NCBI GenBank assembly: GCA_038245295.1
Contig: JBBRSP010000001.1
Span: 128,001 to 192,000 of the forward strand
DNA length: 64,000 nt
Direction of reading: 5' to 3'
Source of the DNA: Candidatus Binatia bacterium
Lineage (GTDB): Bacteria; Desulfobacterota; Binatia; HRBIN30
Program-made: the position numbers and the translations under genes
In this document: positions 42,993 through 51,816 of the stretch, piece by piece
Position numbering within the stretch: the first letter of the stretch is position 1
Layout of the letters: the number at the start of each line of letters is the position of its first letter
Notes under the pieces: model-generated
Seen by the model: only the letters and a program-made list of their open reading frames with translations
Told to the model about the DNA's origin: nothing
The model's database searches: none

Positions 42993-43793
42993 ATGATCGA
43001 TTCGGATGGTGTGCGCGTCGAGAACAGGCGCCGCTGGTGGCTGGTAGTTGTGGCACTCGGCGTGGCGGCGGTCATCGCCCTGGTGATCATGATGCGCCGT
43101 GGTGACGAGTCCACCTCGACGCCGCCACCGCAGGAGCCGCGGGCGACAGTCCCGACGCCCGCGCCGACCGTTGCCCGGATGCGCTTGATCGCGGCAGCGC
43201 GTGTTGCCTCACCTTCCCCCCAGGGCGACACCGCGACTCCGACAGCGGCGATCTCCGACGCTCCGACTCCGCTGCCGAAGGATCCGCGCCCGCAACCGGT
43301 GGCGCAAAGCGAAACACCAGCCGCGGATGCAGAGATGGCTCCCACTCCGCCGCCCTCCGACTACGGCTGGAAGGGCGAGACGGGAATCGCGCTGTTTCCA
43401 CCACCCGGTACCAATCCCCCGAAGCCCGGGATCATCGTTCCCGACGAGTTCGAGCTGCCGCAGGGGTACGTGCGCTACCACCAGACCACCGACGACGGGA
43501 AGGATCTGGCGCCCATTCTGGCATTCCATCCGGACTATCAGTTCGTCGACGAGAACGGCCAGCCGGTGCAGCTGCCCCAAGACCTCATCGTTACCCCGGA
43601 ACTGGCCCCGCCGGGCATCCCGATCGAGATCCTCAAAGTCCCCGAGACGATCTATCCGCAGGGACCATCACAGGAAGAGGTCGATAAACTCCTGAACGAA
43701 CACCCGGAGCTACTGCAGGACGGCTTGTCGCCGGAAGAGGCCGAGAGAATCATTCGGGAGCATCAGGATTTGCGCACCGGTGGTGGCAAGTAG
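42993..43793 (+). CDS. Membrane-anchored Pro-rich protein, paralogue of 45502-46023
   Basis: N-terminal TM, Pro/Thr linker, GIALFPPPGTNPPKPGIIVP...GYVRYHQTTDDG...FHPDY domain. Confidence 0.75.
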   Translation: MIDSDGVRVENRRRWWLVVVALGVAAVIALVIMMRRGDESTSTPPPQEPRATVPTPAPTVARMRLIAAARVASPSPQGDTATPTAAISDAPTPLPKDPRPQPVAQSETPAADAEMAPTPPPSDYGWKGETGIALFPPPGTNPPKPGIIVPDEFELPQGYVRYHQTTDDGKDLAPILAFHPDYQFVDENGQPVQLPQDLIVTPELAPPGIPIEILKVPETIYPQGPSQEEVDKLLNEHPELLQDGLSPEEAERIIREHQDLRTGGGK

Positions 43794-43831
43794 GCCTGCT
43801 GATCCCGAGTGCTCGCCGCTGCGCGTCTCGT

Positions 43832-43855
43832 CGCAAGCTGAAGCTTGCGCCTACC
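43832..43855. repeat. GTAG-type REP-like palindrome
   Basis: CGCAAGCTGAAGCTTGCGCCTACC, one mismatch to 1213-1236; overlaps the lnt stop. Confidence 0.7.
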
Positions 43856-45491
43856 GGGACGGGCGTTTCTGCGGAACTCCAGCGAGCCAGGGCACGAACA
43901 GCAGAAGACCGCACCCGACCAGTGCTGTTGGTGGCAGCCAGTTTCCCCAACGTAACATGATGGTGCCCGCATCGGCCGTCAACGCTACCGGCGCGATGAG
44001 AACACCTGTCTCACCGACCGCCAGGGTGTCGGTGATGTCGCCGGTGGCGGTGATAGCCGCTGAGATACCAGTATTGGTCGATCGGACTTGAGACAGGTGG
44101 GTCTCGATGCTGCGAAAGGCCGCCATGATCAAGTGCAGCCGCGGCGCGATGCCGGCGGCGAACCACGAGTCGTTGGACAAGGTGACGATCATGTCCGCAC
44201 CTTTGCGGGCGGAGGTGAGAGCGAGGTCGGGATCGAGTGCGTCGTAACAAATCATCGGCGCCACATGCACCTTGCGGCCATCCGCCAGCGTGACCGCAAC
44301 CGGCTCGGGCGGCGGCCCCGGCGTCCAGGTTCCCATCCACGGAAACAATTTGCGCACGAGCGGCGTGTCGAAGAGTGCGGGGACTCGCTCGGTGAACGGA
44401 AAGAGGAGCGCCTTGCGATACATGTCGAAGCCGATCTTTCCGCCGGCGTCGGCAGCCAGGAACACGGCCGCGTTGTACTGCTTGCCAGCCTCGGCATCGT
44501 ACGATCCGAAAATGAACGGCCGTCCCGATGCGGCGACGAAGTGGGCAATCTCCTGATCGAAGGCGGCACCGTCGGCGCTCTTGGGTGTGCCGAACGTCGT
44601 CGGGTAAACGGTTTCCGGCCACACGATCAGGTCGGGGTTGGAGTCCGTGATGGCTTGCGACGACAGGCGATAGTGAGCCTCGAGGATGTAGCGCACGCCG
44701 TCGAAGGTTCCGAGCTGTTTGGCGATCTGCTCGTAGTTGCTGATGTTGGCCTGGACCGCCGCGACCTTCACGGTTGTCGCATGCGCCGCTAGGTCGTCGA
44801 TCTGGCGGCAGCGGAGGACGCCGTAGCCGAGGAGTGCGAGTGGGAGCACTATGACCGCCAGTGCGGAGGGTAGGGCCTGCCGCAGCCGTAACGCCAACGG
44901 TTGGCTTTGGGCCAGCGTGCGCCAGGAGGCGAGCACACACTCGTTGACGATCAGGATGACGAAGGTGAGGCCGGCACTGCCGGTGATGTCGGCGGCTTGT
45001 CGCATCAGCCTGGAGCCGTAGAGTCCGTACCCGAAGGTGACGGTGAACAGTTTGGGTAGCGCCCACTCGGCTGCCACGTACGAGCAGGCTGCCGTGACGG
45101 TCACGTACCAGAAGCGCGTCGCCGTGCTGCCTGCCCGATGCGCCGCGAGGTTGCGCGCCAGATGCCGCACGGCGGCGAAGATGAAGAATTGCGGCTCGAG
45201 AATGGGGGCAAGCAGGACGATCGCGAGGAACGCCATCGCCCGCGACACGCCCGTGTAGATCTGGATCGTATCGGCGAACCAGCCGAACAGAATGGTCACG
45301 AAGGCGAGGTTCATCACGAGAGCTCGCACCAGGGCACCGCGCCACGAGCGGGCCTCGTCCAGTGCGGCCAGCCACGGCACCAGCGCTACCCAGCCAAACC
45401 AGCACCACGGCGAGTCGATGCGCGAATAAAGACTGATGAGCAGCAGGCTGCCGGCGACGCCGCCCAGAGTAGTGAGGATCGCCCGCTTCAC
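43851..45491 (-). CDS. lnt: Apolipoprotein N-acyltransferase
   Basis: TM N-domain; VQANI, WPET (Glu), YRK (Lys), PFTE, ICYD (Cys), SNDSWF, RSTNTGIS. Confidence 0.9.
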   Translation of the reverse strand: MKRAILTTLGGVAGSLLLISLYSRIDSPWCWFGWVALVPWLAALDEARSWRGALVRALVMNLAFVTILFGWFADTIQIYTGVSRAMAFLAIVLLAPILEPQFFIFAAVRHLARNLAAHRAGSTATRFWYVTVTAACSYVAAEWALPKLFTVTFGYGLYGSRLMRQAADITGSAGLTFVILIVNECVLASWRTLAQSQPLALRLRQALPSALAVIVLPLALLGYGVLRCRQIDDLAAHATTVKVAAVQANISNYEQIAKQLGTFDGVRYILEAHYRLSSQAITDSNPDLIVWPETVYPTTFGTPKSADGAAFDQEIAHFVAASGRPFIFGSYDAEAGKQYNAAVFLAADAGGKIGFDMYRKALLFPFTERVPALFDTPLVRKLFPWMGTWTPGPPPEPVAVTLADGRKVHVAPMICYDALDPDLALTSARKGADMIVTLSNDSWFAAGIAPRLHLIMAAFRSIETHLSQVRSTNTGISAAITATGDITDTLAVGETGVLIAPVALTADAGTIMLRWGNWLPPTALVGCGLLLFVPWLAGVPQKRPSR

Positions 45492-45501
45492 GGCTGTCTG
45501 C

Positions 45502-46023
45502 TCACGGCAGACCCTTTGTAGGAGGCGTTGGATAGCCGACTGTCGGTACGACGAGCCTTTCGATCGGCAAGCCCGGCGGCGCCATCGCGGCGGGAACGAC
45601 GCGATCTTCGGGGATCACGATCGGAGTGCCGTGCTCGTCGACGACGTCGTAGTCAGGGTGGAACATGAGGATGGCGCGCAGCGACTGACCGTCGTCCGTG
45701 GTCTGGTAGTGACGCACATATCCCGCCGGTAGCTCGAAGTCTTCCGGGACAACGATGCCTGGTTTGGGCGGGTTGGTCCCGGGGGGCGGAAACAGGTGGA
45801 TACCGCTGCCGACCGGAGGATTTGCGCCTTGCGGTTTTGCCGATGCCGGTCCGGCCGCCTCACCTGCGGGTTGCTGTTCTGTCGGGGGCGACTTGATCAC
45901 GAGGCGCGGATGACGCGTGTTGTCGGTCGCCGGCTGCTGTGCGTCGTCGGCGTGCACGCCCGGGACGGTCAGCACGCTGGCCAGCAGCGTGAGGATCATC
46001 GGCCAACGGCTCGTCTTTGCCAT
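45502..46023 (-). CDS. Secreted Pro-rich protein, paralogue of 42993-43793
   Basis: Signal peptide; GIHLFPPPGTNPPKPGIVVP...GYVRHYQTTDDG...FHPDY. Confidence 0.75.
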   Translation of the reverse strand: MAKTSRWPMILTLLASVLTVPGVHADDAQQPATDNTRHPRLVIKSPPTEQQPAGEAAGPASAKPQGANPPVGSGIHLFPPPGTNPPKPGIVVPEDFELPAGYVRHYQTTDDGQSLRAILMFHPDYDVVDEHGTPIVIPEDRVVPAAMAPPGLPIERLVVPTVGYPTPPTKGLP

Positions 46024-46419
46024 GTTCCTTCGGTTCGCATCAACGATTGCTCGTTTCAATCTATCCCGCGCTGAACTTTAGCTCGGCCCGCAGGCGCGCG
46101 TCGGGAGCTGAGCTTCCACCACGATCAAAGGAACGAGAGTCGAGACAATCTTTTGGTGGGTGACGCCGCCCACAGAGCAATGCCTGGCTTGGCTGGAAGA
46201 GATGATGGATCTGGCGGCCCATCGCCGTCCCGGAAAGAGTACAACCGATCTCGACAAGGCCCGCTGACCGCCAAATCGGGCGTTTATCCGGCTTACCAAC
46301 AGGGGCAGCAGTGGTACGCGCACGGCGCGATATGAAGCTCGCGCGCCGCGCCCCGCCGATCACCCGGCAAGCCGGGCGACACTCGCAGGTCGACGACGAT
46401 TCGGGTAGGGATCGGCGGT

Positions 46420-47088
46420 GTGCCAACCAAGGTGACACGGAAGTCAAAAGCGCCGAACGCCTCGATGCCTGCGCCGCGGCGCGGCAAGCGCGATGGTGCG
46501 GCGCGTGATCGTCTGCTGCGTCTGGCGCAGGGCCAGTTCGCGCGCCGCGGGTATGGCGCGACGTCGATGCGCCAGGTCGCCGCCGCGGCGGGCATCCAGG
46601 CGGCGAGTCTGTATCATCACTGGCCCTCGAAGGAGGCGCTGTACGCGGCTGTCGTCGAAGATGTGAACGCGCAACTACGCGTCATCGTGCGCGATGCGCT
46701 GGCGGTCGACGCGCCTCTCGAGGAGCAGCTGCGCGGCGCCGTTTCTAAGGTGTTTGGCTTCTTTCTCGATCAGCCCAACGCCGCGCGCCTCAACTTGCGA
46801 ACCATCCTTGGTGACGAACAACGGGATCGCCGCACCGCGCCAAAGAGTGATGGACGTTGGCTCGGCCTGGTCGAAGGTTTCCTGCAGCCGTTGGTGGCCC
46901 GGCGGCAGATCAAGCAGATCGATCTGACGCGCTTCCTTATTTCCGCATCAGCCGTCATCACCGTGCACGCGGTGGCGTTCCACGACGCGCAGAGCGTTTA
47001 TGGCCGCGAGATTTCCGGACCGAAGAGTGCCAAGGAGACTACCGATCACGTCGCCGAGGTGATCCTGCGTATCCTTGGGCTCGGATAG
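46420..47088 (+). CDS. TetR/AcrR-family regulator
   Basis: FARRGYGATSMRQVAAAAGIQAASLYHHWPSKEALY. Confidence 0.9.
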   Translation: MPTKVTRKSKAPNASMPAPRRGKRDGAARDRLLRLAQGQFARRGYGATSMRQVAAAAGIQAASLYHHWPSKEALYAAVVEDVNAQLRVIVRDALAVDAPLEEQLRGAVSKVFGFFLDQPNAARLNLRTILGDEQRDRRTAPKSDGRWLGLVEGFLQPLVARRQIKQIDLTRFLISASAVITVHAVAFHDAQSVYGREISGPKSAKETTDHVAEVILRILGLG

Positions 47089-47124
47089 CGCCGGCTGGTT
47101 ACCCCGATCGCGACGCATCATGAC

Positions 47125-47220
47125 GATCGACCAGGGCGGCTGCGCCCGGTATTGGTGAACCTGATCGGTAAGGCGATCAAGTTCACGGCCGCCGGGGAGG
47201 TAACCCTCGAGGCGGAGCCT
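47125..47220 (+). pseudogene. Relic of a histidine-kinase HATPase N-box
   Basis: Translates as DRPGRLRPVLVNLIGKAIKFTAAGEVTLEAE (compare D..RLRQVLxNLxGNAIKFT..GEV); no start and no rest of gene. Confidence 0.6.
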
Positions 47221-47419
47221 TCCCAATCGAGGCGAATGGGATTGGTCGACTTCGGCAGGAATGGGAATTCGCGGAGATCGTTGGGTGGCATGCGACCCAG
47301 GCCAAGTCAGGCACAGCCGTTGCTGTAACGAGGGATGGGAGAAAGGGACCCGAAGGGTCCTGTCGAGAAGGCGGACTGCGCCATCGACCGTGCAACCGAA
47401 TAATAAAGGAGGTGTGATC

Positions 47420-47608
47420 ATGGCCACTGGGAGAGCAAAGAAACTGAAGGGTCGCGTGAAGGAAGCCGCCGGGGCTTTGACCGGCGACAAGAAGTTGAAA
47501 CAGGAAGGGATCGCCGATCAGTTCATCGGCGGCATCAAACAGCTGTTCGAAGGCATCATCGAGATGGTGGAGAACGCCTTCGACTGGGTCAAAGGACTGC
47601 TCGCGTAG
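47420..47608 (+). CDS. csbD: CsbD-family stress protein
   Basis: KGRVKEAAGALTGDKKLKQEG.ADQ; AAAGGAGGTG RBS. Confidence 0.85.
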   Translation: MATGRAKKLKGRVKEAAGALTGDKKLKQEGIADQFIGGIKQLFEGIIEMVENAFDWVKGLLA

Positions 47609-47647
47609 CGGGTGATCCGGCACACCCTAATCCGGGCGAGGAGAGCC

Positions 47648-48046
47648 GTGACAGATCCAGACGCATCCGCAACTCATTTCGACAGCACTGACAAGCCAGG
47701 AGCCAGCGCCGAGCCGTCTGTAACGTCGTCGCTCGAGCGTTTGGTGGCCGGTAGCCAGGGCGTGATCGCCAAGCAGATCGACCTGGCACTCCTCGAAGGG
47801 CAAGAGATGATGTCGCGCACTCTGCAACGCGCGGCACTGGTTGCTGCGGCCACGCTCCTCGCCGTGGTCGCATGGCTTGCCGCGGCGGTTAGCTTGGTAG
47901 AGCTCGCCGCCGCGGATGCCAGTGTGGTCACCCGTTTGGCACTGTTCGCTTTGCTCAACGGAGGCGCGGCGATCGGGCTCGTTCTGCTTGCCAGGCGCGC
48001 ACAACTCGAGCTCGAGGCACCTGCAAACACAACCAAAGAATCGTGA
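47648..48046 (+). CDS. Phage-holin-like (YqjE-type) two-TM protein
   Basis: VIAKQIDLALLE followed by two TM helices; context with CsbD and YtxH. Confidence 0.6.
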   Translation: MTDPDASATHFDSTDKPGASAEPSVTSSLERLVAGSQGVIAKQIDLALLEGQEMMSRTLQRAALVAAATLLAVVAWLAAAVSLVELAAADASVVTRLALFALLNGGAAIGLVLLARRAQLELEAPANTTKES

Positions 48047-48294
48047 CGAAAGCAGCCGCCATGGAAACGTTCGCCGAACAACGTGAGCATCTCCTGCAGT
48101 CGATCGAGGACTGCCAGAATGAAGTCAGCGTCGCCATGCACGAGCTGACCGGGATCGCTGAAGCAAAACTCGACCTGGGCGCGCAGGCCCGCGCCCTGAT
48201 TCGACAGCGACCGGTGGTTGCGGTCTTGGCGGCCGTGGGTGTCGGGTATCTCCTCGGCCATCTGGTGTCGCGCGCCTCGAGGAGAGCAACATGA
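48043..48294 (+). CDS. Small tail-anchored protein (DUF3618/DUF883-like)
   Basis: Coiled N-terminus, IRQRPVVAVLAAVGVGYLLG tail; 4-bp overlaps on both sides. Confidence 0.6.
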   Translation: MTKAAAMETFAEQREHLLQSIEDCQNEVSVAMHELTGIAEAKLDLGAQARALIRQRPVVAVLAAVGVGYLLGHLVSRASRRAT

Positions 48295-48665
48295 TCCACT
48301 CCGGCAATTCATCGCCACCGCACGCCGCGCCGCGGTCGATGGGGGATCATGGTCGAGAGATCTACGACGATGCGCAAGCCCTGAGGAATGCGGTGGGCAC
48401 TGCGGCCGATGACTTGAAATACTACCTCACCGATCAAGCGAGCCGACGGCCGTACCGTACGCTGGGGGTCGCGGCGGGGGTTGGGTTCGTTCTCGGCGGC
48501 GGACTGCGTTCGCGGTTGACCTCGGTGTTTCTGGGCGCGGCGACGAAAGTGGCCGTGAGCATGGCGGCACGCGAGATTGCGGCTCGGTTGTTGTCCGAAG
48601 CCTCCACGCCCGTTCTGGGCAGAAGCCCTGAGACCGTCTCGGGGCCAGGAAAGGAACGATCATGA
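48291..48665 (+). CDS. ElaB/YqjD-like protein
   Basis: RRPYRTLGVAAGVGFVLGG. Confidence 0.55.
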   Translation: MIHSGNSSPPHAAPRSMGDHGREIYDDAQALRNAVGTAADDLKYYLTDQASRRPYRTLGVAAGVGFVLGGGLRSRLTSVFLGAATKVAVSMAAREIAARLLSEASTPVLGRSPETVSGPGKERS

Positions 48666-48952
48666 AACTCGAGGACATTCTGCAGGCACTGCCTTCGAAA
48701 GAAGAGCTCGCCAGTGCGGTCGGTCTCCAGGCGCGTACCTCGGCGACGGGGGAAGTCCTCCCGGCCTTGGCCATCTTCGGTACCGGGATCATCCTGGGCG
48801 CTGGGCTGGCTCTGTTGTTCGCGCCGAAAGCCGGTCGCGAGATGCGCCAGGACATTGCGGAGAAAGTCGGGGAGCTTGGCGAACACCTAGGAGCCCAGGC
48901 GGCGCCACGGCCGGCGGCTCCGGCCGCTCAGGCTGAGCTAAAGCAAGCGTGA
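48662..48952 (+). CDS. YtxH-domain protein
   Basis: GIILGAGLALLFAPKAGREMRQDI. Confidence 0.8.
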   Translation: MKLEDILQALPSKEELASAVGLQARTSATGEVLPALAIFGTGIILGAGLALLFAPKAGREMRQDIAEKVGELGEHLGAQAAPRPAAPAAQAELKQA

Positions 48953-48980
48953 ACTACGGGCCCGCCTGAACTTTGACTTG

Positions 48981-49010
48981 GCCCCGTTGCAAAACCCCTT
49001 ATTTTTCAAG
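48981..49010. mobile_element. Possible orphan IS terminal inverted-repeat remnant
   Basis: GCCCCGTTGCAAAACCCC resembles IS5/IS1182-type ends; no transposase or partner end seen. Confidence 0.25.
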
Positions 49011-49163
49011 CACCGGGTCGCAAAAAGGCCGAGAAACGTTGAGTTTCGGTGGCTAGGTAGGCCTACCCCAGCCCGAGATCGCGCCTCCTGGGGCTTCCTA
49101 GCGCGTCATTTTGGGGATTTCGGTGTGACGGAGCCGGATCTTGGGGCCGATAACGCGAGCCCC

Positions 49164-50624
49164 CTAGCCGTTCATTAGATACTGCAGCAGTGTCCGCACC
49201 CCGAAGCCGGTGGCGCCACGCGGGTGGCAGGGTAGGGGTTTGTCGCTCACGACGGTTGACGAGAAGTCGATGTGGGCCCACGGCACCTTGCCGACGAACT
49301 CCTTGAGGAACAAACCGCCGATGATCGTCCCGGCGCTGCCCTCGCCGGTGTTCTTGATGTCGGCGACGCTGCTGACGATATCGCTGCGGTATTCCTCGAC
49401 GAGCGGCAACTCCCACAGGTTCTCGCCGCACTCGCGTCCGGCGCCGATGAGATCCTGAACCAGCGTCGCATTGGTTCCCATGATCGCCGCATAACGCGGC
49501 CCGAGGGCGGCGCGCACGGCGGCGGTGAGTGTGGCGAGGTCGATCATGACATCGGGCTTGCCGGCGGCGGCGAACGACAAGGCGTCGGCGAGCACCAGCC
49601 GACCCTCGGCGTCGGTGTTGAGGACCTCGATCGTCTTGCCGTTGTAGGCACGCAAGACATCGCCCGGCTTGATGGCCAGCCCGTCGGGCATGTTCTCCGT
49701 GGCCGGCACGTATCCACGTACTTCGACTCCGACATTGAGGGCGCGCAGGGCGCTCATGACGGCCAACACCACACCGCCGCCGGCCATGTCGCGCTTTTGC
49801 GACTGCATGCTTTCGGCCGGCTTCAGGGACAAGCCGCCGCTGTCGAACGTGATGCCCTTACCGCATAACGCCACCACACGCGTGGCTTTGGACTTTGGTT
49901 GGTATACGAGCTCGATGAATCGCGCCGGCTGCGAGCTGCCCATCGCGACTCCGGCCAGCGCGCCCATGCCGGCCCGCTTGATGGCGGCACCGTCGAGGAT
50001 ACGCGCCTTGAGACCACCGCTGCGCGCCAAACGGCGTGCTTCCTGGGCGAGATACGTCGGTGTGACATGACCCGCCGGGAGATTGATCAAGTCACGCGCG
50101 TAACATGTCGCCGTACCGATGGTGTCGCCACGGCTGACGGCGCGGCGTGCCTCGGCCGATGCGGGAGCCAGCAGAGCAACGCTGTGCAGGCGGACGCGTC
50201 GGCTGTCCGGTGAGCTCTTGAGTTGATCAAACGAGTAGCTGCTCAAGCGCAACGCTTCGGCGAGCGTCTGTAGGTTGGCCGGTTTGATGGTCGGACCACA
50301 GACGATCGCTGCGGAAGTGGCGCGCAGTTCCTGCGCGCGCGTTACCACGGCTTGCGCCGCCCGCTGCCACGCGGCGACTCCTTGCGTATTGCCGACGCCA
50401 ACGAGGAGCACGTTCCGCGCCCGCAACGCGCCGTGTGTCTGGTACACCGCGACGTCTCCTTCGTTGCCGTGAAAGCCCTGCTGTGTCGTGGTGGCGATCA
50501 GCGTGCCTTTGAGCAGACGGTCGAGCCGCGCGATTTCGTCCGCCTTCCAGTGCGGCGGCAGGGTGAAGACCAGAAGGTCGGCGCCGCTGGCGGTCGCGGC
50601 TTGCGGACTCAGGGTGATCTTCAT
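49164..50624 (-). CDS. pepA: Leucyl aminopeptidase (M17)
   Basis: GKGITFDSGGLSLK, DMAGG, NTDAEGRL, ATLT, WAHID. Confidence 0.93.
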   Translation of the reverse strand: MKITLSPQAATASGADLLVFTLPPHWKADEIARLDRLLKGTLIATTTQQGFHGNEGDVAVYQTHGALRARNVLLVGVGNTQGVAAWQRAAQAVVTRAQELRATSAAIVCGPTIKPANLQTLAEALRLSSYSFDQLKSSPDSRRVRLHSVALLAPASAEARRAVSRGDTIGTATCYARDLINLPAGHVTPTYLAQEARRLARSGGLKARILDGAAIKRAGMGALAGVAMGSSQPARFIELVYQPKSKATRVVALCGKGITFDSGGLSLKPAESMQSQKRDMAGGGVVLAVMSALRALNVGVEVRGYVPATENMPDGLAIKPGDVLRAYNGKTIEVLNTDAEGRLVLADALSFAAAGKPDVMIDLATLTAAVRAALGPRYAAIMGTNATLVQDLIGAGRECGENLWELPLVEEYRSDIVSSVADIKNTGEGSAGTIIGGLFLKEFVGKVPWAHIDFSSTVVSDKPLPCHPRGATGFGVRTLLQYLMNG

Positions 50625-50650
50625 GCTCGTCCCTCCTCGGCGTTGTCCTG

Positions 50651-50923
50651 TCAGCCGGCGTAGCGCTGCAGATATTCCAGCAACATCGTCTGCTCTTCGG
50701 CGCTCAGCGGCGGGACACCGCGGCGAGCCATCTCACCCTGCATCGCCGCAACCTTGACCTTCCACATCTCGAATTTCAGCACACTCGGCGCATACACCCG
50801 GTGACAACCGTTGCAGCGCGCGGCGTAGAGTTTGGCAGCCGGCGATTCCGGCTCAGGCAACTTGGTGGTGCAGGCGGCAAGACCGCCTACGATGAGTGCC
50901 AGAGCCAACTCTCGCCAATGCAT
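50651..50923 (-). CDS. Monohaem cytochrome c lipoprotein
   Basis: Lipobox LAAC; CNGCH; distal Met. Confidence 0.8.
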   Translation of the reverse strand: MHWRELALALIVGGLAACTTKLPEPESPAAKLYAARCNGCHRVYAPSVLKFEMWKVKVAAMQGEMARRGVPPLSAEEQTMLLEYLQRYAG

Positions 50924-51411
50924 CAGAACGTCTCGCGGCAGAAAGCGGCCTGTCCCGGCGTCTCTTCAACGCCAACTTGCATGGCGGTCAGTCCGCGTAC
51001 GCCGTCGGTTTCGAGCTCGAGCCGAATCTCGCCGAGAAGGTACTGCGCCAACTCCTCTGCCGACGTATGGACGATCGGCAGATAGAGCGTATCGGTCTTG
51101 GGAAACCGGAACTCATCGGCCTCATAGTTGACGACGACCTGCACACCTTCCTCGCGCACCCGCAGGCAGTCGCTGTGGATCGGTACCAGCGTCTTTTCGT
51201 CGAGGCGTTTGCAGACGCGCCGCGCCACCTCTTTGACGATGCCGAAGTCGAGTACGTAACCCTGGGCTCCGAGTTGGCCTTCAACTTCCACGGAGACGCG
51301 GTAGTTGTGGCCGTGTAGTGCTTCACGAAAACCAGGATAGGCGATGAAATGGGCGGCGTTGAATTTGAGGTAGTCCTTGGTGACGTGGACTCGGAAAGCG
51401 CGGCTGCCCAT
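50923..51411 (-). CDS. 6-pyruvoyl-tetrahydropterin synthase family protein (PTPS-III-type motif)
   Basis: FNAAHF, EALHGHNY, LDFG, TSAEELA, VEETPG; start moved to ATG 51411. Confidence 0.85.
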   Translation of the reverse strand: MGSRAFRVHVTKDYLKFNAAHFIAYPGFREALHGHNYRVSVEVEGQLGAQGYVLDFGIVKEVARRVCKRLDEKTLVPIHSDCLRVREEGVQVVVNYEADEFRFPKTDTLYLPIVHTSAEELAQYLLGEIRLELETDGVRGLTAMQVGVEETPGQAAFCRETF

Positions 51412-51489
51412 GACCGCGCAGCCACTAGCGTTGGCATCAGCGATTGCCAAGCACTGAAGCGTGAAGAGTGAAGAGGGAGAAGGCTTGGG

Positions 51490-51807
51490 CTAGTGGAATG
51501 CGGCGGTGACTTCGAAGAACACGACGTCATCGCGGTCACAGTCATTACAAATGAGGCGTACGATACGGAAGCGGCGCTCGCCGACGTTGCGCGAGGTCTC
51601 GCCGGATTCTTTGACGGCACCCTCGCAGACCCAGCAGCGGCGCAAGGCGATTTCGGCATCGATCTCATCGAAGCGCGATACAGCGATCGGATTGTAGATG
51701 CTGGCGCCGGTGCGGGTCTCGCGGCGCTGTCGCTGGCGCCAGCGTTTGCCGGCCAGCACGGCGACGGCGGCAAGAATGGCAGCCACAAGGATGAGATTGA
51801 TGACCAT
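51490..51807 (-). CDS. Membrane-anchored zinc-ribbon hypothetical protein
   Basis: N-terminal TM; CWVC...CNDC. Confidence 0.6.
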   Translation of the reverse strand: MVINLILVAAILAAVAVLAGKRWRQRQRRETRTGASIYNPIAVSRFDEIDAEIALRRCWVCEGAVKESGETSRNVGERRFRIVRLICNDCDRDDVVFFEVTAAFH

Positions 51808-51816
51808 CGCGGTTCA

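Noticed and set aside
47648..48046. Prophage, suggested by the holin-like gene
   Set aside because: No endolysin, structural or integrase genes; this family is common in stress clusters.
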